Positions 18,874-22,034 of a DNA stretch of 22,034 nucleotides are shown here, piece by piece. The notes below the pieces were generated by a model. The model worked only from the letters and a program-made list of their open reading frames with translations, ran no database searches and was not told the DNA's origin. Each line of letters begins with the position of its first letter. Positions within the stretch are counted from its first letter, which is position 1. A program made the position numbers and the translations under genes. Source of the DNA: Octopus sinensis (Eukaryota); contig NW_021837019.1 of assembly GCF_006345805.1 (NCBI RefSeq), forward strand, positions 1-22,034, in the 5' to 3' direction.

Positions 18874-19493
18874 TATAGGAAAATAGAAGTTGAAATGCAC
18901 TGAGAATAGATATGTTTTTTATTATTATATTTAAAGATTTAACCGGTTTCACAGGTTACAGTGATTGTCATAAATTTGAAATAGTAAGACGTGACTTATG
19001 TTGCAGCTGTTTTGCTTTTGACTTATTTTATAGGGAGACCATGACTCAAATTAGTATACGTTTTGAATAGGGTGTAATTGGCAGAAGATAGTCACATGAT
19101 TAGTCTTTAAAATTTTTTGTAGTTTCCCCGCTACGTCCGTGTGTTAGTATCAAGAGACAATGTCGTAAGTTAAGGCTGACACACTTGATTGAACAAGTCT
19201 AGTGGTAGTACTAAACAATCAATGCTCTGAATACTAACACACGGACATAGCGGGGAACCTACAAAAATTTTTTAAACCAGTCATGTGACTATACTAATTT
19301 GAGCCATGAATTCCTTATTTTTATGGAGCAAGCTTCAAACGCTAGTCAGAAGCAAAATAGTTGCGATATAAGCCACGTCTCTTTCAATTTTTTGAAAATC
19401 GTGTAAACTGTGAAACCGGTTAAAGCTTTAAATATATTAATAAAAAATATCTTAACCATTCTCAATGTATTTTCAACTTCTATATTTCATATA
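18874..19493. mobile_element. ~620-bp foldback (palindromic) non-autonomous DNA element
   Basis: Arms pair over almost the whole length: 18938-18954 vs 19408-19424 (17/17), 19124-19150 vs 19231-19257 (26/27); centre at 19190/19191; TA-rich ends. Confidence 0.9.
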
Positions 19494-19499
19494 TATCTT

Positions 19500-19590
19500 T
19501 TATCTTTTACTTGTTTCAGTCATTAGACTGTGGCTATGCTGGGGCACCACCTTGAAGAATTTTCAGTCGAATGAATCGACCCCAGGAATA
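19500..19590 (-). mobile_element. Extreme 3' end of the composite SINE
   Basis: CTTTTACTTGTTTCAGTCATTAGACTGTGGCTATGCTGGGGCACC...ATCGACCCCAG. Confidence 0.88.
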
Positions 19591-19719
19591 TATATATCAT
19601 CAATACTTCGCCATGAATTTATGTTATCGATAAATCACTAATTTTATAAATTATCAAGACCTCATTATCGATATTTCATTATCAATAAATATTATCGATG
19701 TTTAATATGTAGCTGGGAC

Positions 19720-19935
19720 CCTGTGTCATAACGTCCCCTACACAATTCAGGCTCACAACACTTAACTCCGTTGCAACATAATTACTTTTCCTCCGCTCTA
19801 TTCAACATTATCCCAAAATAAATCAAGGAAGGAAAACATACCATCACCTACCAACGATATCTGGACAAATTTCTTCAAGGGACAGCAGACAAGCAGTCAA
19901 GAACTCCCGGCCTGAATGGGTCAAGATACCACAAG
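19720..19935 (+). pseudogene. CR1/L2-group LINE ORF2 C-terminal fragment
   Basis: LFNIIPK*IKEGKHTITYQRYLDKFLQGTADKQSRTPGLNG resembles the LFNxLP...FKxxLDKFL...PD.P C-terminus of this group. Confidence 0.6.
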
Positions 19936-19987
19936 ACTTGACTAAAAAATGACTTCTCTCAGGCGATGTTATTAAATATAATAATAT

Positions 19988-20281
19988 CCAGAGGGTGAGC
20001 TGATTCGCGATGTCCTCCTGCCACCTCTACTTCCCAGCTGGCGCAAACGCACGGGCGGGCAGCTGAAGACCTGGGCAACGACGATAAAAGAGGACTTCTC
20101 CGAACTCTCAGGTCCGCAGGTGGTCGGTCTGCACAGATGGAACCGCGAATGGCTCGCTATCTCCAGTGACCTCGCACGGGACCGTCGAGCGTGGGCCGCC
20201 ACTATTCGTGATGCCGTCATAGGACCAGAGAAGAAGCCGGCTCAATCCGCCCTGGGTGAACGCCGTCACAAGTACAAGTAA
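19988..20281 (+). pseudogene. 5'-truncated RTE-clade LINE 3' end with (CAAGTA)n tail
   Basis: PEGELIRDVLLPPLLPSWRKRTGGQLKTWATTIKEDFSELSGPQVVGLHRWNREWLAISSDLARDRRAWAATIRDAV carries the WRKRxGGQxKTW and DRxxW motifs; ends in CAAGTACAAGTAAG. Confidence 0.88.
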
Positions 20282-20819
20282 GAAGTATATTATTAAGTTT
20301 GGTCATGACCCGGGCCAATTTTTGGCCGAAACATCTATCCATGCCTCTCTATAAATATTCAGCAAATTTCAATCACATTCATGATCCCCTCACTTCTTAC
20401 TCTCTATTACTCTCTATTTTCTTTTCAGCTATCGTTTGTCTTTCCCACTCTTATTGTCTTTGTTTCGTTCCTTCTTTCTTTCTTTCTTTCTATCATAATT
20501 GTCACAATGAACGTGAAAACAAAACAAAACAAAACAGAACAAAATCCATACCAAGCAAAAATTCCTCTTATAAATTACTGAGATAATTTCATTAGAAATT
20601 GATTGCAATATTTCTTTCTATCTTTTCTTCATTCTTTCTTTCTTTTAATATTATTCTTTCGATAATTCTTTCTTGCGTTCTTTCCTCTACTTTGTTTTTA
20701 GCGTTTTTACCAATTGACTTTTATTGGGGTTTTTTTTTTTTCTCTTCTCCTGTTGTATTATATGTTATTCAATATTCTCGACAAATCTCTTGAAACGAAT
20801 CTCAACTTGAGATGAAAAT

Positions 20820-20832
20820 CTATAATATATAG

Positions 20833-20878
<46 letters not shown>

Positions 20879-21088
20879 GTTTAAATATTTTTGTTGTGCA
20901 AGATTTATATATATATATATATATAAACACACACACAAAGGAAAGAAAGAACGATTGAAAAATAACATCGAGCTTCGTGATGTCAGGACAAGCTTTGTTG
21001 ATATTGCACTCACATTTTTGAATGAAATTTTATCTATCTATCTATCTATCTAACATTCATTTCTCTACTTCTCTGTCTCTATATATAC

Positions 21089-21140
<52 letters not shown>

Positions 21141-21191
21141 ATAGATATGTATACACAACACACACACACATATATATGATGTAGGTATATG

Positions 21192-21258
<67 letters not shown>

Positions 21259-21302
21259 CATATATATATATATTATATCTTATATATATATATATATATA
21301 TA

Positions 21303-21346
<44 letters not shown>

Positions 21347-21404
21347 TATATATAGTCATACAGGCATACATGCCTGTATACATATATGTGTGTGTATATG
21401 TGAG

Positions 21405-21440
<36 letters not shown>
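20820..21440. repeat. (TA)n-dominated microsatellite field
   Basis: Direct reading; one ~130-bp unique spacer at ~20935-21070. Confidence 0.9.
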
Positions 21441-21441
<1 letters not shown>

Positions 21442-21567
21442 CACAAACAATACGTGTATACCTACCTATCTAATTCGGTCTCCCAATTCTCTCCGTTCTG
21501 TTTCTGTCTGTCTGTGTGTCTCTAGTAAATTTATTATTGTATTTTCCCAGTGGCAAGAGAAAACATT

Positions 21568-21579
21568 GCCTTATTATTA

Positions 21580-21614
<35 letters not shown>

Positions 21615-21668
21615 CATATTCATTATTTATTATTAGTAGTAGTAGTAGTAGTAGTAGTAGCTTTAGTA
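21568..21668 (+). repeat. (TTA)n(TAG)n compound trinucleotide array
   Basis: Direct reading. Confidence 0.92.
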
Positions 21669-21778
21669 GCTGTTGTATCATTATTGTAATTACTATTTAT
21701 GGTCTAAGACAAAGTTTTCTTAGCGCATCTCCTTTATATATACACATACACACACACAACATATATACACACGCGTAC

Positions 21779-21809
<31 letters not shown>

Positions 21810-21842
21810 ATATATATAATACATATATATATATATATATAT

Positions 21843-21935
21843 TTTCAGTTTCCGCTACCAAATATACTCACCGGCTTTCAGTTTCCGTCCCAAAGCCATA
21901 CTACAAGCTTAGTCGGCCGAGGCTATATAGAAGAC
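21843..21935 (-). mobile_element. Decayed composite-SINE head fragment with internal duplication
   Basis: TTCAGTTTCCG occurs twice, then GCCGAGGCTATA..AGAAGACA; homologous to 13700-13775. Confidence 0.72.
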
Positions 21936-21954
21936 ATATATATATATATATATA

Positions 21955-22034
<80 letters not shown>
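21936..22034 (+). repeat. (TA)n then (TG)n, runs off the window end
   Basis: Direct reading. Confidence 0.97.

Overview
This is a repeat-dense, AT-rich animal genomic window, intronic or intergenic. The SINE and LINE types and the very long (TA)n/(CA)n/(CATA)n tracts match my recollection of octopus (coleoid cephalopod) DNA; that assignment is recognition, not a database result. There is no intact protein-coding gene, tRNA gene, rRNA gene or CRISPR array, and most ORFs in the supplied track are microsatellite translations. DNA transposons: a decayed full-length mariner (2453-4045) interrupted by a 363-bp TIR element with a perfect 8-bp TSD, a Tc2-type MITE inside a (TATG)n tract, and a ~620-bp foldback element. 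Retroelements: two Dong/R4-type RLE LINE fragments, two RTE-type 3' ends (one with three C2H2 fingers), a CR1/L2-group 3' end, three Penelope-like termini embedded in (TA)n, and at least five tRNA-SINE/SINE-like families, two copies with clear TSDs. Not explained by repeats: three 40-46 nt candidate micro-exons, a 69-nt pre-miRNA-like hairpin, a strand-biased ATC(A/G)AT motif array and a motif-rich unique island near 1.2-1.5 kb. I found no strong evidence for a new biological system; these unexplained items are leads to test.
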